Shown piece after piece: positions 14,472-31,711 of a stretch of 64,000 bases of DNA (its first letter is position 1; every line of letters starts with the position of its first letter). The notes beneath the pieces were generated by a model, which saw only the letters and a program-made list of their open reading frames with translations, was not told the origin of the DNA and ran no database searches. The stretch is from the NCBI GenBank assembly GCA_044892525.1, contig CM097887.1, positions 18,600,001 to 18,664,000 on the forward strand. The letters run 5' to 3'. Both the position numbers and the translations under genes were made by a program. Source of the DNA: Schmidtea polychroa. Taxonomy: Eukaryota.

Positions 14472-14830
14472 NGCAGCATTTATTATTTAAAACAATAAAA
14501 TGATAATTTAAGTCTTTTGCTGCAAATAATGTATTTAATGAAAAAATTTTCGACTATAAGGTAGTCCTTGTCAATTGAGAAGGACTTGTAAAATTAGTAG
14601 AAGACGATACATTTGCCGCCCAAAATTTACGTTTTATGAAATATCACTGCATAGTACATCAGGAAAATTTATGCGCAAAATGTTTAAAGATGAATAACGT
14701 GATGCCGATTGTCATCGACGCTGTAAAATTTATAAGAGTCAAGGGATTGAATCATCGTCAATTCCAGGAATTTCTTAAAATTATGGATGCGGAATATGGG
14801 AATATTTTATTTAAAGAAAACAGATTTGAA
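14472..14830 (+). pseudogene. hAT (Buster/GTF2IRD2-like) transposase fragment
   Basis: YHCIVHQENLCAK...KFIRVKGLNHRQFQEFL is the hAT CxxH region. Adjacent to an N-gap. Confidence 0.8.
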
Positions 14831-15303
14831 TGTGATTTGTGAATATTATATTTAATGCTGTGGGATGTCTAGCATATTGGACATATAAAGTAGTTGATGC
14901 CATAGAATGTATGACCGTAGTATTTTTATGGCATATATTTGTATGATCATTTGATGACACGCAGTAGCGTGGATATAATTTACCTGATGAGTTATAAATA
15001 TATACAAAATATATTAATAGATCTAAATATTAGTAATAAATAGTTATAAAATATTGCATTTATAATTTAATCTCCATAAGAAACGGGGGCATGATTAATT
15101 TCCTCCTCAATAGATATGAAATCATATTCATCAGAAACATCATTAATATTTGGGGCATATCCAACATTTGAGGTATCATCACTTAAAGTCTTTGTAAATT
15201 CATTAATTAAATAAAATGAATTTACCCGTTGATTCCATGATAATATCTTGGGTATCGTCATCAATAACATTTTCACCATCATTAATTGTCTGATCAACTA
15301 GAT

Positions 15304-18114
<2,811 letters not shown>

Positions 18115-18466
18115 GACTAGATAATTTTTAATTTCAATTAAATTTTAAAAATAAATTTGTCACATCTTTGTCACTAATGATAATTAGCACATCTTGATTA
18201 TAGTTGTCGACCTCGGTGACTTCATACTATAAATTCTCTAAAATAATTTACTGTTCTCTCCTGCCAACATGGCGCGTAAAATTTGATTTTGTTCTCCGTC
18301 CATTTTGAAAAATTGATTTTATAGAATTATTTTTTTTAAAGTGACGAATTTAGAAATTGTAAATGTTTATAAAGACAATGAATATTTTCCTGGCCATTCA
18401 GAATTTACACATACACACAGAAACTCAAAATTTCCGTCTCAGCCAATCATATTGCATCTACACATA

Positions 18467-20076
18467 CCGGATAGTCTCGAAAGTAAGACCAGGTCTTACT
18501 TTCGAATTTTTATAGATTTCAACGCGAAATAAAGAAATCGAAAGTAAGACCGGTCTTACTTTCGAGTGGAGAATGATACCCCGACCCTTGTTATGCCCTC
18601 GGTAAATCAATAAAAATGTGAGGAAATTAAGACATAAAAATAAAATTGTAAAACAAAATACACTTTAACAGAACATAAATAAAGGTAAAACATAGAATAT
18701 GAATTCACAGTGTTTTTAATGAAACATGATTTCATTTTTATTCACCAAAATCAACATAATCCTTCTCTTCCGATAATTCTTCTTCCACAACCAAACCATC
18801 GTCTGCTTCCACACTTATCAATTTTTGTTTAAGATTGTTATTAAACAAATCCCCGTTAACTCCAAAAATGACACAACAAACAATTGGTCTTTTGTATACT
18901 CTCGGTCTTTATTTGATCAACCGATTCATATACCCATTTGAATATAATTTCCCAACAGGGTTTCTGCCTGTATCCCATTTTAGTGAAATTTGCATCCCCA
19001 TTTGCCATCCATTCCGACCATCTTTTTCTATATTCGTTTTTAAAAATAAAATTAATAACAACATCAAGAGGCTGTAAAAATGCAGTTGTTTTTTCCGGAA
19101 TTTCAATTGTTTTCACATTAAGTCGAGTGAAAAGATCTGTAACTTCATTTCTTGCATGTGCACTAAACTTATCAAAAATAATTACAGCTTTCCTGTTTTG
19201 CCCAAAAATATTATCGCATGGAAAACAATTTTGGATACACGTTTTCATTATTTCTGTTGTCATCGTTCCAGATTCAGATGTAATTACCATTAGATTTTTT
19301 GGAATAAAGCATTTGGGAACTTTACGCAATTTTTTAAGAATCACAAGAGTTCTATGAAGTTTTCCATTGGCTGAAATAAGTAGCACGACTGAAAAACGTG
19401 TTTTGCAGTGCCCAGTTCCCTTTGCTTCGACATTTTTTTCACCTTTGGTAGTTATAGTCTTTGATGGCATAGTATCTATATAAATGGGTGTTTCATCCAT
19501 ATTATAAATATTACTTTCATCATACATTTGCAAATTTTCACTTTTTCTAAATGGTTTGTAATTATTTCCTTTATCTCGGAATGACTTCGATTATCCTGTT
19601 GTCCAATGATTGTTATTTTACGATAGGATAGATTGTTTCTTCTAAAGAAATTATGAACCCAACATTGACTTAATACAAGCGACAAATTGTTTGCAGTTAT
19701 ATATTCCATTGCTTTTTGTCTCAAAAGGTACACGAAAACTGCTCGTTTGAAAACCATCCTTTCGAATTTAACATATTCAACCAAAAGTTTTTCCAATTCT
19801 GGAAATTCGGCTTTTCTTCCACATCCCACTTTCTTTAGTACATTTTTCCTGGTTACGCTCAAAAGAGTATCCTTCTGGTATAACCAATCACGCAACATTT
19901 TGGATGTTATATTGTTTTCACGTGCCGTCTTACTGATGTTTCCCTTGTTCACAATCAAGCGTTCAAGTATATCCAGCTTAAACTTAACTGTATATGATCG
20001 TCTTGTATTTGTCATATGGATATAAAAATTTTGGATATATAATGGATATATAATGGATATATAATGGATATATAAT

Positions 20077-20124
<48 letters not shown>

Positions 20125-20201
20125 ATATATGATTTTTTAATGGAAATCAATTTTATTTGTCTCGAAAGTAAGACCATGGTCTTACTTTCGAGACTATCCG
20201 G
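18467..20201 (-). mobile_element. pogo-family (BrkDBD/Tc5-HTH/DDE_1) DNA transposon with both TIRs, one frameshift
   Basis: TIR CCGGATAGTCTCGAAAGTAAGACCA at both ends, flanked by TA. Transposase RRSYTVKFKLDIL..GRKA..NMDETP..DKFSAH..LQPLDV is split near 19530. Confidence 0.92.
20030..20125. repeat. GGATATATAAT repeats followed by a (TA)n microsatellite inside the pogo element
   Basis: Directly visible. Confidence 0.9.
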
Positions 20202-20939
20202 TACATGCATGCATTGTTAATAGCACTAGTTTCCATGTGACTGTCTTTATTAGTCAGTGCTTTGTTAAAATGCACTGAGCATGCATCGAGCAATTAATTT
20301 TAAATATAAATTATGTGAATATAAACTTTAAAAGTTACTTTAGCCATGCGAAAAATACTAATTTATCATAAAATCATGCGTGTGTGTGTAAAAAATACAG
20401 AAGAAACATGCAAATTTTAATTTGGGCATTTTATATAACAATGAATTGCATTCATACAATGAGAATAAAAAGTTATGTTATCTATATGAAAATACATATT
20501 TTAACTCTACGTAATACGAATACAAACTCTAAAAGCTTATGTTAACTATGATAAATAATGATTTAGTATTAAAAATGTGTGTAGTGCACGTAAAAAGTAC
20601 ATAAAAATATTAAATGAATAAAATCCCAAGAAAATGACTTTAACTGTATGAAAAATACAAATTTATCGTAAAAACATGTGTGTATTACACACAAAACAAG
20701 ATACATAATTTTTAATCAATCCATTTTATAGAAAAATAAAATTTCGTTAACTGTATGAAAAATACAAATTTATAGTAAAAAAATCTATGTATTACACAAA
20801 GCGACAAATTGAAATTGTAATTCCGCCATTCGAGAATTAAATTTTGCTTATACATGGTTACACTTAAATCCCGATCGGACATGTGAAAACGTACAAAAAA
20901 GAGAAAAAACAGTATAGTAAGTAGAAGTGTGAAGCCGGG

Positions 20940-21070
20940 AACAAAAACATATGACTCATCATTTCACGGAACAAAGACATACCGCCGTGGAAGGGTATGA
21001 TCATCATACTCATCTATCAATTACCTTTTGTTTGACATATATCGTAATATTTTAAAAAATTTGTAACTTC
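20940..21070. repeat. Isolated remnant of the Polinton-like terminal-repeat family
   Basis: ATGACTCATC, ACAAAGAC and GGTATGATCATCATACTCA..TTACCTTTTGTTTGACAT match the modules at 30.5-34.5 kb, including the 33140-33600 repeats. Confidence 0.6.
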
Positions 21071-22062
21071 ACTATTTAAGGTTTCTTTAATTATATAAAA
21101 AATATAATTATATTTTTATAAAATATATAAGATTTTTAATAATTTTGGTCAACAAAAAAAGGTCACAATTAGAATCAATGTGCAAGTGAAATTGGTGATT
21201 CTTTAAATATTCACGAAGCGATTGAAGAATTTGCTGCTAAAAATCACGTAGAATTAATTTTTGGTTGTGTTATGCACATTATATGTAATTATATAATAAC
21301 AAACATTAAAGATTAAGACTTTTTTCTTATGTCATCTCTGAGGCGTCCATATAGACTGGCACACAGTCTGTCATTCATCCAGACATGGTACGGACTCTGA
21401 CTTTAACTCAATAAATAATATAATGAACAAGTGGTTTCCACTAGCCATTGCAAAATCTTTTCAAAAATAAACATCCTTAAAATATACAGTAATAACAAAT
21501 TGAAATTTTTAATTATAAATGTGCATTCTTTTAATTAAAATCATTAAAAAGCTATCTAATATGAAACCTTTCAATCACAACTTTCAAGATATGCTGAAAC
21601 AACAGAAAATAGTATATACTAAGAAAATGCCTCTAATTTTTTTTCTGTTATACCGCAAACAAAAATCGTTCGATAAATTTGATAGCATACAGAAACAGTA
21701 TACGGATAATAAATAACTAAAATAACTTCAATTTATTTCAAATATAAATCATCAAGTGTTTCAAATTTACATAAATTGTAAGTCACAATACTACATTATA
21801 TGAAGTTTCAATGTCATAAACATTACTCGTGTTTAACATTGTAGCTACATTACATATTTAACATTTTATAAAATATTGGAAAAAAATCAAAAATTTTATT
21901 TTTTAATTATTGTTATCGCGCCATTCAAACAACATCAATGTAATATCCAAATTTAACTCAACACAGTTAAATAATAAACAACTAGAACAAATGTTAATTA
22001 AAATTACTAGAAATGCATCAAGTAGAACACAAAAATTATATAAAATTAAAATTAAGAATTAA

Positions 22063-24096
22063 CACGTTGCGTGCGACTTGCCTACCGTTGGTGCACTAAG
22101 TGTATTTTTTGTTGCGGGGTGCCCATTAGTGATGCACATAACTTACCTTTTGACCAATTTATTTTTTAATTAAATTTAAGAAATTTCGTGAATATATAGT
22201 TATTATGAAACTTAAAGGATAATATAAAACTCACAGAAATTTTCATAACAATTTATTAATTTAAAACCATATATTAGTAACATGGAAATAGTTTCATGAA
22301 AATGATTTTTCTGGGAAAAAAATTGAAAAAATTTTTTTTTCTACCTTGATATGACATAAAATTTTATTTCAAACTTAAACATGAAAATATAAATTTATTA
22401 AACATTTAATAGAACCTATTTTTAGGTACTAACTATCATTTTTAGTATTTTATATTGAAGCAACTAAGCGAATATATATGGCTTGCCCTCACATGAATCG
22501 CAAAAAGTGGATATTTATTCAGCTTTGACCTAGCTTCTTTTGTCCCTTCATTCGCTGCAATCATTTCATAACAAGAACAACATCTTTTACCGGATGTTTA
22601 CTTTGGTACAGGTACTTCTAGCTTATGAGCTGAATTTGGTGTATATATTGTTTGATTACTAGTGATCTGTTGTTATGGTTGATTTGAACTAGATTCACAG
22701 ACAATTCCAATATTCTTTCTTTTATTTCTAAAACTGATATTTTACTGACATATTTGTAGAACAATACCCAGGTATTTACAACTGCAACTCCAGTTAGTTA
22801 TTCAATAGCAACTTTCCTGGTTTTTTGAAGGGCTGTATAATAGGAAATCATTTGATCTGACATATCAACTCCTTTCTTTGCATTATTGTAAGCACACACA
22901 TACTGGTTCTAGAACAGGTTCAACAGCTCTGTTATTTTCTCGGTATCACGACAAGTGGTTAACTGACTTATGGTTCATCGACAAATGGTTCACGACAAAT
23001 GGTTCACGACAATTGGTTCACTATATTTTGTCTGTGTTCTCGTAGACCTTCTGAAATTTATAACCTGCAAATATGACAATGTTACTAAATTGGATAAAAT
23101 TACGTATGACTGTGATCGCTATTTTCAAATTGTTATTGCCACACAATCGTGAACCAAATGTCGTGAACCAAATGTCGTGAACCAAATGTCGTGAATCAAA
23201 TGTCGTGAACCAAAAGTCGTGAACCAAATTCCGTGAACCAATTGTCGATGGACCATTTGTCAGTGAATCAGTTGTCGTGGATCCTATTTTTCCCTATTGG
23301 GATAGCCCCATTTGTGTTCTGGAATACTAGTGAGCATGAGGAAACATCTTTTGTCAATCCAGTTATATACCTTCACACCATTTTTATTTTCTTTTGAGAC
23401 ACAGTTTCCTTAGCAAGATACTTGTGATTTTTTCGGAGGGTACCACAGTACTAGATTTTCTTTGTCATCAATAATTCAGTCAAAGGAAGACTAGAATAAA
23501 AATTGTCTGCATAAAAATTGACTTTCCTGCTAGCTGAATTACTACAGATTCAGCATGAGAATAAAATTGTAAATTTGAAGAGCTTCCAGTATATATTTGA
23601 AAGTTCCATGTGTATGCTTCTGGTGTGCACAATTTATATAGTTTAACTCCATATCTGTGAGCTTTGCCTGGAATATATTGTCGAAAACGCAAACGCCCTT
23701 GAAATGGTATTATCGATTCATCCACAACTAAGGATTCACCAGGCTGATATATAGATTGGAAATTCTGCAAAAGGGCATCAATAAGAGGCTGTAACTTGTA
23801 CAACCGATTTGTAGAGGTTGTAAGATTGTATATGAAAAATGTAAAAAGTGTAACTGGATCTGAAATCTGTCACTTTTCATGTTCTTGTAGACAAAGGGAT
23901 AATCATAAATTGGTGTCCTTGACCAGTAGAGATGCAATTCTGGCTTACCTACGATTCCCATGCACATAGCAATGCCTAAAAATTTCTTTATTTCAGTTCT
24001 ATTTGTTGATTTCCAAGAATTTAATCGTGAAGAACGTGTTAGTGTGATATTTTGTATGACCTGTTCTGCATATTTATTTTTCTCTTCAACGATCAT
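22063..24096 (-). mobile_element. piggyBac (PGBD4-like) transposon relic, 5' truncated
   Basis: TTAA-CACGTTGC terminus at 22059-22070; VVDESIIPFQGRLRFRQYIPGKAHRYGVKLY; C-terminal Cys-rich region at ~22480-22600. Confidence 0.88.
22942..23284. mobile_element. MITE with long TIRs built from 14-bp TGGTTCACGACA(A/T)(A/T) repeats, inserted in piggyBac; possibly Mutator-like
   Basis: Left arm ggtatcacgacaagtggttaactgac versus right-arm reverse complement ggatccacgacaactgattcactgac. Flanking 9-mers TATTTTCTC/TATTTTTCC (7/9) suggest a 9-bp TSD. Confidence 0.7.
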
Positions 24097-24109
24097 ATAA
24101 AAAAATCAG

Positions 24110-25346
24110 TCACTTAAAACTGATACAATTCATGTAATAAATTTCTATTATTTGGTAAGCTAAAATGAATCAAAGAATCGAGTATTGTTGTACAAGGGTC
24201 TTGAAAAATGCAAAAATGTAAGCAAAGACCGGCAAATGTTAATAAAAGCTACAGTATATAATACACTTTTGGAAACCTGGTACTTTTTTCTAAAGTTTGA
24301 CTTATTTTCCGTTGAAATTGATGCATTATAAACCTCAAGGAGAACTTACTATGGACGAAAGTATTATTCCATGGAGTGGCTGATTATCTTTTAAGGTTTA
24401 TAATGCATCAAAAATTATAAAATATGGTATACTGGTGAAAATGGTATGTGAAGCAACGTCTGGGTATATTTGTAATTTAGACATTGCGCGAAAGGAATAA
24501 AACTCAAAGACACTGTTTTAAACGTAATTTCTCCATATTTCAATTTATGTCACTTATATATAGATAATTATTATAACAGTGTGGAATTGAGTGAACTTCT
24601 GATAAAGCATAAAATAAGAATATGCAGCACTATTCGCGTAAATAGAGGTTTACCCGTGTGTCTAAAAACTGTAAAATTAAAAAAAGGAGAATCTGCCTCT
24701 CGACGTAAAAACGATGTATTGATACAGATTTGGAAATCCAAAAGAGATGTTAGAATAATCTTTACCATTCATTGTGCCGAAATGAAAGAAAGTCGAAATA
24801 CGGATTGTACTACAAAAGAAAAGATTATAAAACCCGTTGCAGTAATTGATTATAATAAATATATGAAGGGAGTGGACAGTGCTGATAAATATATTTCATA
24901 CTTTAAAATTTTAAGAAAAACAAGAAAATAGACACATAGAGTGTTTATATTTATGCTAAACTATGCGTTTTTTAATTTGTATCGGATTTATAATATTATA
25001 AACAAAGAAGATGCGATATAAAAAATGTTTACATGAGGTCGCGCGAATGTGGATTACAGATGAAATTGAGGAAATAAGCGACAATGAAGAACCTGGACCA
25101 TCTGGTTTTCAAGCAAAACGTACGCGAAAAATTGATCCACCTACCAAATTATCAATGGATATGAAAAAACAGGTTCCAGAAAAAATAATAGGCACTGGAA
25201 AAAATCGCCACCCGCAAAGAAAATGCCGTGTTTGCTCCAAACAAAATAAACGGAGCACACCAATTTACATTTGCAAACTTTGCAATGTACCCCTTCATAG
25301 GGGTAAATGCTTTAATATGTACCACACACTTAAACATTATTATTAA
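24110..25346 (+). pseudogene. Second piggyBac (PGBD4-like) transposase relic
   Basis: MDESIIP..KYG..VKMVCEA, ICSTIRVNR, YNKYMKGVD; Cys-rich tail RKCRVC..ICKLCNVPLH..CFNMYH. Confidence 0.9.
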
Positions 25347-25699
25347 TTTTGTAATTAAAATAAATAAATAAAATATTCTGAATATTCTAAAACATTTTAT
25401 AATAAAATATTTTTAAAAAGTATAGAAGTATTTATTTTAATTTTAAATGTTTTAATTTTTCAAAAGTTTATTATATAGAAGTATTTGTTATTTGTTTGGT
25501 AGTAATTATTTAAAATTTTATTAAAATCTATTCACTATTGTTAAAGTTATGCCTAACCCCTAAAAGGTTAGATTAGATATTATGAATATACGTCAAATAT
25601 TTATTATAAGTAATATTAATTTTAAATGAAAGAGAAACAAATTTTATAACTATACAAAAACTAGAATATATGTAAAAATTAATAAAGCATAATTGTATT

Positions 25700-28450
25700 T
25701 TAATGGTGTAATTGATGTGCTTGTTTTTCAGCACATATTTTCTCAAATCGCGGTATCATTGTAGATGTCGCAGTTCTTGGTTCCTTTACAATCACTAAAC
25801 GCGATCGATACTTCGTCTACAAAACAGCTACTACCGAAAAACCGGTTTCACATAAGTATGATGTTACAAATTGTAATAAAATTTCTAGAGCTTTGTTTGT
25901 TAATAATATTGTTTTTTTTTTTAAAGTTTAAATAAACCAATGAGTTTATTAATCGACACGTTAATAGTTGAAAAATAACTTATCTGTTGTGCGACGCAAT
26001 TGACTCTTCGGTAGCCAGTGTAATGATAACATAATAATCGAATAATTTGATTAATTTCATCATAATCTTTGGGATCACACCACATTTACTGATTCCTCTT
26101 TACAATTTAAAAGGTTATAAACTATAAATTATGTAATATAAATTTTACAACAATTCGACATTTTCATAATAAATTTTGATGTACAGTAAACCCTCCAACT
26201 GCGCGGTAGATACGTTCCACAAAAACAACGCGCAAACCGAAACCGCACACTGTGAACCCGATTTTATATGTAATTATGGGGTTAGGTTCCAGATATTACA
26301 AAAATATAATAAAAAGTCTTTATTCAACGACTAATATACATATTTACATTTATATAAACATAAAAACTAATAAAAACAGTCTCAATTCATTGCTTTTACA
26401 TAATTAATATTACTATTATAAAAATTAATAAAAATTTAACATAAATAAAAAATTTTTCGCCATTTTCTAATTGCTTCACAATTTTAAGTTTTGCCTCTAA
26501 CGTCAATATTTTTCTTTTCCCAGCTTTTTCCATTATTATATATAAAGTGTAGAAATTATTAAAAACCTATTAAATCAAAATGAGTATTAAATCAAAAATC
26601 AAAAATTTTATTTATACTTACTTTATAACAGTCTTTAATTGATGTAATAATTTTTTATTACGGTTATATCTAATGCACACGAATAAGATTTTTTTGAATT
26701 TAATACTAATATATTTTTAATTAATTAAACACTTGTATAAATATCTATTAATTAAAACTATGTAATTTTACATCATAATCCTAACCACATCACTAGAAAA
26801 ATGAAACTGCCTTTATTATTTTTATATAAAAAATACAGTGCATTGAAATACGATGAATCACTATTTTCACTACCATATGTATTCGTAGTTTTACGGGATT
26901 CACCATAAAAAATTAAATTGACATGATTTTTCTTGTTAAAATAGACAAAAACAAAAAAAAACCGCACAGCTACGAAATTTTTAGCGCGCAGATCGAAATT
27001 TTGGTATTAAAGGTTTGGCCGCGCAATTGCGAAACCGCGCAATGAAAAACCGCGCAGTTGGAGGGTTTACTGTACAATTATAAAACTTCCTGAAATATAA
27101 AAAATTTTGCGAGAAGAAAAAAAAATTATTAACAAATTTTAACCTGTTCCTTTTGCATTGAAAATGTCTATTTTGTTTTACATGTTCGTTTTCAACATCT
27201 GCTTTAATGTGCTGTCACAAGTGAATTATCCTTTTTTGCTCTGCCATCGAAAGATCAAAATTTTCAATCAAAAACTGGTTTTGTATCCATTTGTATTTTG
27301 ATATGTCAACATCTTGAAAGTAAAATGAGAATTGCTTCCGCAGACTAGTCAAGTGATTATTAATAATAACTTTACTACATCTATTTCATCGGAAGGACAG
27401 GTCACTTGTCACAGGTGGCTTTAAAATTTGGAAACATGTCAAAATTATTATTTTTCAAACTTGTTTCCCAGAGTTTCAATTTTTTCCTAAATGCAGTAAT
27501 TATGTCTTTCTGCATCAAATCATGAATATGAGGTCCTTGCATTGATTTATTCAAAGTACTGAGTTTTTCAAAAATATCCACTAAATGCGTAAGTTTTATA
27601 ACGAATTTTATGTCATAAAATACGTTTGCTTCATATCTTTTATTATCAGTCAAAAACAAAGCGATCTCTTTTTTTAGCTCAAACACTCTCCGAAGTACTT
27701 TGGAACGAAAAAGCCAACATGCCTCACAATAATACAGAAGTGCTCTATACTCTGCATCCATGTCATCACACAATTTTGCAATGGACCTTCTTAATGAAAT
27801 TTATAACTTTTATAATAATTTCAAAACTGTTAGTAAATATTCGCAAATATCTTTTGAACTAGTGCCCATAGACCAGCGTTTTTTCCTGCCATCGAGTAAG
27901 TTGCATCTGTACATGCCCAATACAGTTCTCCCACAAAATGACTTTCTCATTAAAAAATGTATCAATCATATTAAAAATTTCTCTTGTAATATTGCCTTCA
28001 ATAGGTTTACAAAATAACAAATCTTCTCTAACGTCAGTTTCTAGAACATATCTTACATATGTAATCAAGATGGCAACTTTACTGACATCCTTTGCTTCAT
28101 CCACTTGCAACGCAAAATAAGATGGTTTTAATATTTCTATTAATTGATCGCAAAGATCTTCAAATATATAGGAAATTCTTCTCACCGCATTATCTGCAAG
28201 TGAAATCATTCTAAGCTAATCATCATATGATTCGCCGAGCATCGTGGCTACCATGTCAATAGCCACTGGCAACACCAAAGTTTCTCCTATTGAATGGGTT
28301 TTTTGCACTTACCATATCTATAAGAAACCTTGTATGATGTTACAGACATGGTTTTGTAAATGTTTTTTTGTTGAAATCAACCAAAACTTTCGTTGGCGCT
28401 GCACCACAGTTATTTGGTTGTATGAATTACATTGTTTTGTTTTTCATTAA
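25700..28450 (-). pseudogene. hAT (ZBED5/Buster-like) transposase relic interrupted by a Tigger MITE
   Basis: FALQVDEA..., EACWLFRSKVLRRVFELK, WIQNQF (27270-27290), and C-terminal FVTSYLCETGFS..TKYRSRL..KQAH at 25700-25890. Confidence 0.85.
26184..27072 (-). mobile_element. Internally deleted Tigger element (MITE-like)
   Basis: Perfect 24-bp TIR CAGTAAACCCTCCAACTGCGCGGT, TA on both sides. Residual HTH-psq start KRKILTLEAKLKIVKQLENG at ~26455-26520. Confidence 0.93.
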
Positions 28451-31244
28451 GCAATAAGACTGAATTTATTCCATCAACAAATGCCAAATAAATTGAATAA
28501 AGCTGTAAAATCACGGTGAGTACAAGTGCAAAGGTTCCATAAGCAATCCAGGATTAAGGTCGAACTCATTCAAAATTGGGATCGACAAGTGCTTACGGCA
28601 ATTCATTGTTTTCTCTGTCCAGCTTTCGTCAGTTCGTTATGATGTTGCTATAGAACGATGTTGATTGTTGCACGTGTCAGAAGACCCATGACAGTAATAT
28701 CGGGTAAAGTTTCAACTACGGCTCCGTGAACAGTACTTGGAGTAACAAATATGTCTGACATTTTCTCCTTAACCGATCTTTTGATGTTACTTAGATCCAT
28801 CTCTGGGTATACTGCGAATTCTTCTCTGTTACGATTGTGTTTCTCTTCGTTTTGCAATGGAATTTCACGTCTTTTGTTCTATTTGCGATTTCATGATGCT
28901 TTCCATATTAGAAATATCCGTCTTTCTTTTACTGGTTACTTCAAACACCGAAGCCATATTTCTAACTACATGAACTTTCACAATTTTTCACTACTGTCTC
29001 AGAATTAAAGTTACGGGTTACGAAGTTAATAGATCTTTTGACAACACTTGCGACCAAATATACTAATAGTGAAATGATTTAAGGTCTGAATGGTATAAAT
29101 TTGAAAGATTTGACTTTAAGATGGTCAAGCTTGAAATGAATTCCAATAGTCCTTAATTCAACATTAATTTAAATAACTTTTTTCGTTTATTGACGAGATT
29201 CATACAAATATGTCAGTTTATCACTTTATTAATGAAAATAATATCCCTCTTGCGCAAGGCTATAAATTACAATTTTAAATGACAATAATCTGAGTGAAAA
29301 TGAAATAGTGTAGTGGGCGTGTAGAATTAATAAGGCAACTATTTCCGATCATATTTAAACTTATATTGAAATTTCAAATAACATCAATGATGTAATTAGT
29401 TATTTCAATATTATGAGTAGGCGAAAATTATCTTCCGAATAATGAAATTTTAGTTTTAAAATGTATTAAAGAAAAAGCTGTAATTAAAAAATATTTGTAA
29501 TTTGTATCTTAAATAATAAATTTATATATTTAATTAGCAAAAACCCATCATTTTTTAAAGGTTTTTAAGTTGAATAAATCTGTGTTGGAATGATGTTCAA
29601 TAAAATTCCGATTCCCCTTTTCTACAAAAGTTACTTTTTCTGTATATGAAACTTTTTTATTCAAATTGATTTAGAGGAGTTGCTTACATGGAGCAGTTAT
29701 TATACTTATAACTTATTGCACTTATATCATGATTTGGTTTGAATCACACCATTATATATTTGCATGTGAGTAATTAATGATTTAAGTACTTAATTGAAAA
29801 TCTCAATCATGTCTAATACAAATTATTCTAATATTTAAAGAATACCTTTAAATTTCAAGAAAATCTAAATTTAGTATAATTTGATATTGGATTAATTAAG
29901 GTGATCTTGAAATTTAATAATGTTATTATTTGAATGTTTATTTAAATTTCTGTTATTAAATCTTAGATAAAGTTTTAATATATGTCAATTGATTGTTTAT
30001 GATTATTTCCAAACAAAATTATTTATTTTTATTATAAATAATTAACACAATCAAATTAAAATAAACACTATTAAATTAGAAATTAACACAATTAATTGTC
30101 AAGGTCACATTAATAGATGAAAACCCCCTATATCGATGGTTCACGGTGAATAATTTTAGACCTATTTACATTCTCAACGTGACCGCATAACATTACATTC
30201 AGCATTCGTCACTAAGCAACGTTAGTAATGAATCATGGGTAGGTGGTCGTCAGTTACAGATGAGTTACGCCATCAGAACTAAATATTTTATGAAAAATCA
30301 AGGGTCCATCGACCACCACAGAGGATTTTTTGCCATACTAGCAAAACAATATCTTGTCAATTAATATTGGTGGGTCGCAAGTAAACTAAATTTTACCTTA
30401 ATGCATTTAAGGCTATTTTATTGTTAAAATACTCATTTGTGTTTTGTCATTTTTTTGGCACTACAACCGATGACTCATCACTAAACAAAGACATTTGACT
30501 CATCCATAGCAACCGCGGTAACCCGGTCAAGGACATGTGGCTCATTGATGACTCACCCATAGTAACTAGGTCAAGGTCATTCTATTTTTAGCAACAGGGT
30601 CGTGTGAAGTTATAGATGACTCATCAAGGTCATTAAAGTACATATGACTCATCAATTAAAACAAATACTCATCGTTTAAAATGGGAGGTACTTTTTATTT
30701 CTGCACACTCACCCCCTGTGTATAACTCATCGACGCCTCATCCTTTTTAAAACAAAGACTTATCACACGATTTATCATCTACTTTTTAGAACAAAGACGT
30801 CTTTTTTGGTAAACCAAAAAATTATTGTATGACGCTACAAAATAATAATAATAATAAAATAAACATACTCATTTCTTCATAAAAAATTGGTTTCATAAAA
30901 TTTGTTTTCATAAAAACTGGTTTCATAAATTATTTTCATAAAAATTGTTTTCATAAAATTTGTTTCATAAAAAATTAAAAAAATTGATCATAAAAAATTT
31001 AATTATAAAAAATTTAAATCATGAAAAATTTACAAAAATAATAATTTCCTCTCGATCATTTGAAAAGATATAGAAATCATCGATAACATCTAACCAATCA
31101 GAATACCGATTGGATAGAAAATATTATCGATTCTTTGTTAACTTAATATGACTCATCGATGAGTCATTGTTACTAAGTACGTAACTTCTACTCACTTAAA
31201 GACATCTTTGTTAAATTACACGTTTATGAAATGTTTTTATGTGA

Positions 31245-31245
31245 C

Positions 31246-31308
<63 letters not shown>

Positions 31309-31711
31309 AAGACTACAGGTAGTGTATGGCATATTTTCCTGGAAAGATTACAAGTGTTGCAAGCAGCACCAACGAATTGACTGGTAAAGTGATCATTATC
31401 CCTGACTGGATTAACTAATAATTTTTTACACAAATGACAGTTTGTGCTGTTATTAAAATTAATTTGATCATTTTCTTATTTTTATTTTTATAATAATAGG
31501 GAGTTACAATGTTTTTAGCGATATCATTAATTTCTTTTAAAAATTCGTCTATACAAGAAAGGCCTACGAATGATTTATAAAATTTTACGCCTGTATAATT
31601 ATTTATACATAAAAGTCCAACCGAAATGAGTAAATGTTTCTGATAATATTTCAAATCTTTAGGAAGGATTGCCTCAAAATCGGCATAAATAACAAAAGGA
31701 GGAGTAATCAT
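31245..31711 (-). pseudogene. polB: Polinton PolB N-terminal fragments
   Basis: PPFVIYADFEAILPK; DNDHFT..AACNTCNL..PVVFH; ends in a (TAA)n microsatellite at 31247-31305. Confidence 0.85.

Noticed and set aside
14142-14498. ORFs spanning N-runs (also 31732-31959)
   Set aside because: Artefacts of assembly gaps.
22968-23280. Short repeat arrays (also 45238-45452) as CRISPR
   Set aside because: Contiguous tandem units with no unique spacers, no cas genes, eukaryotic context.
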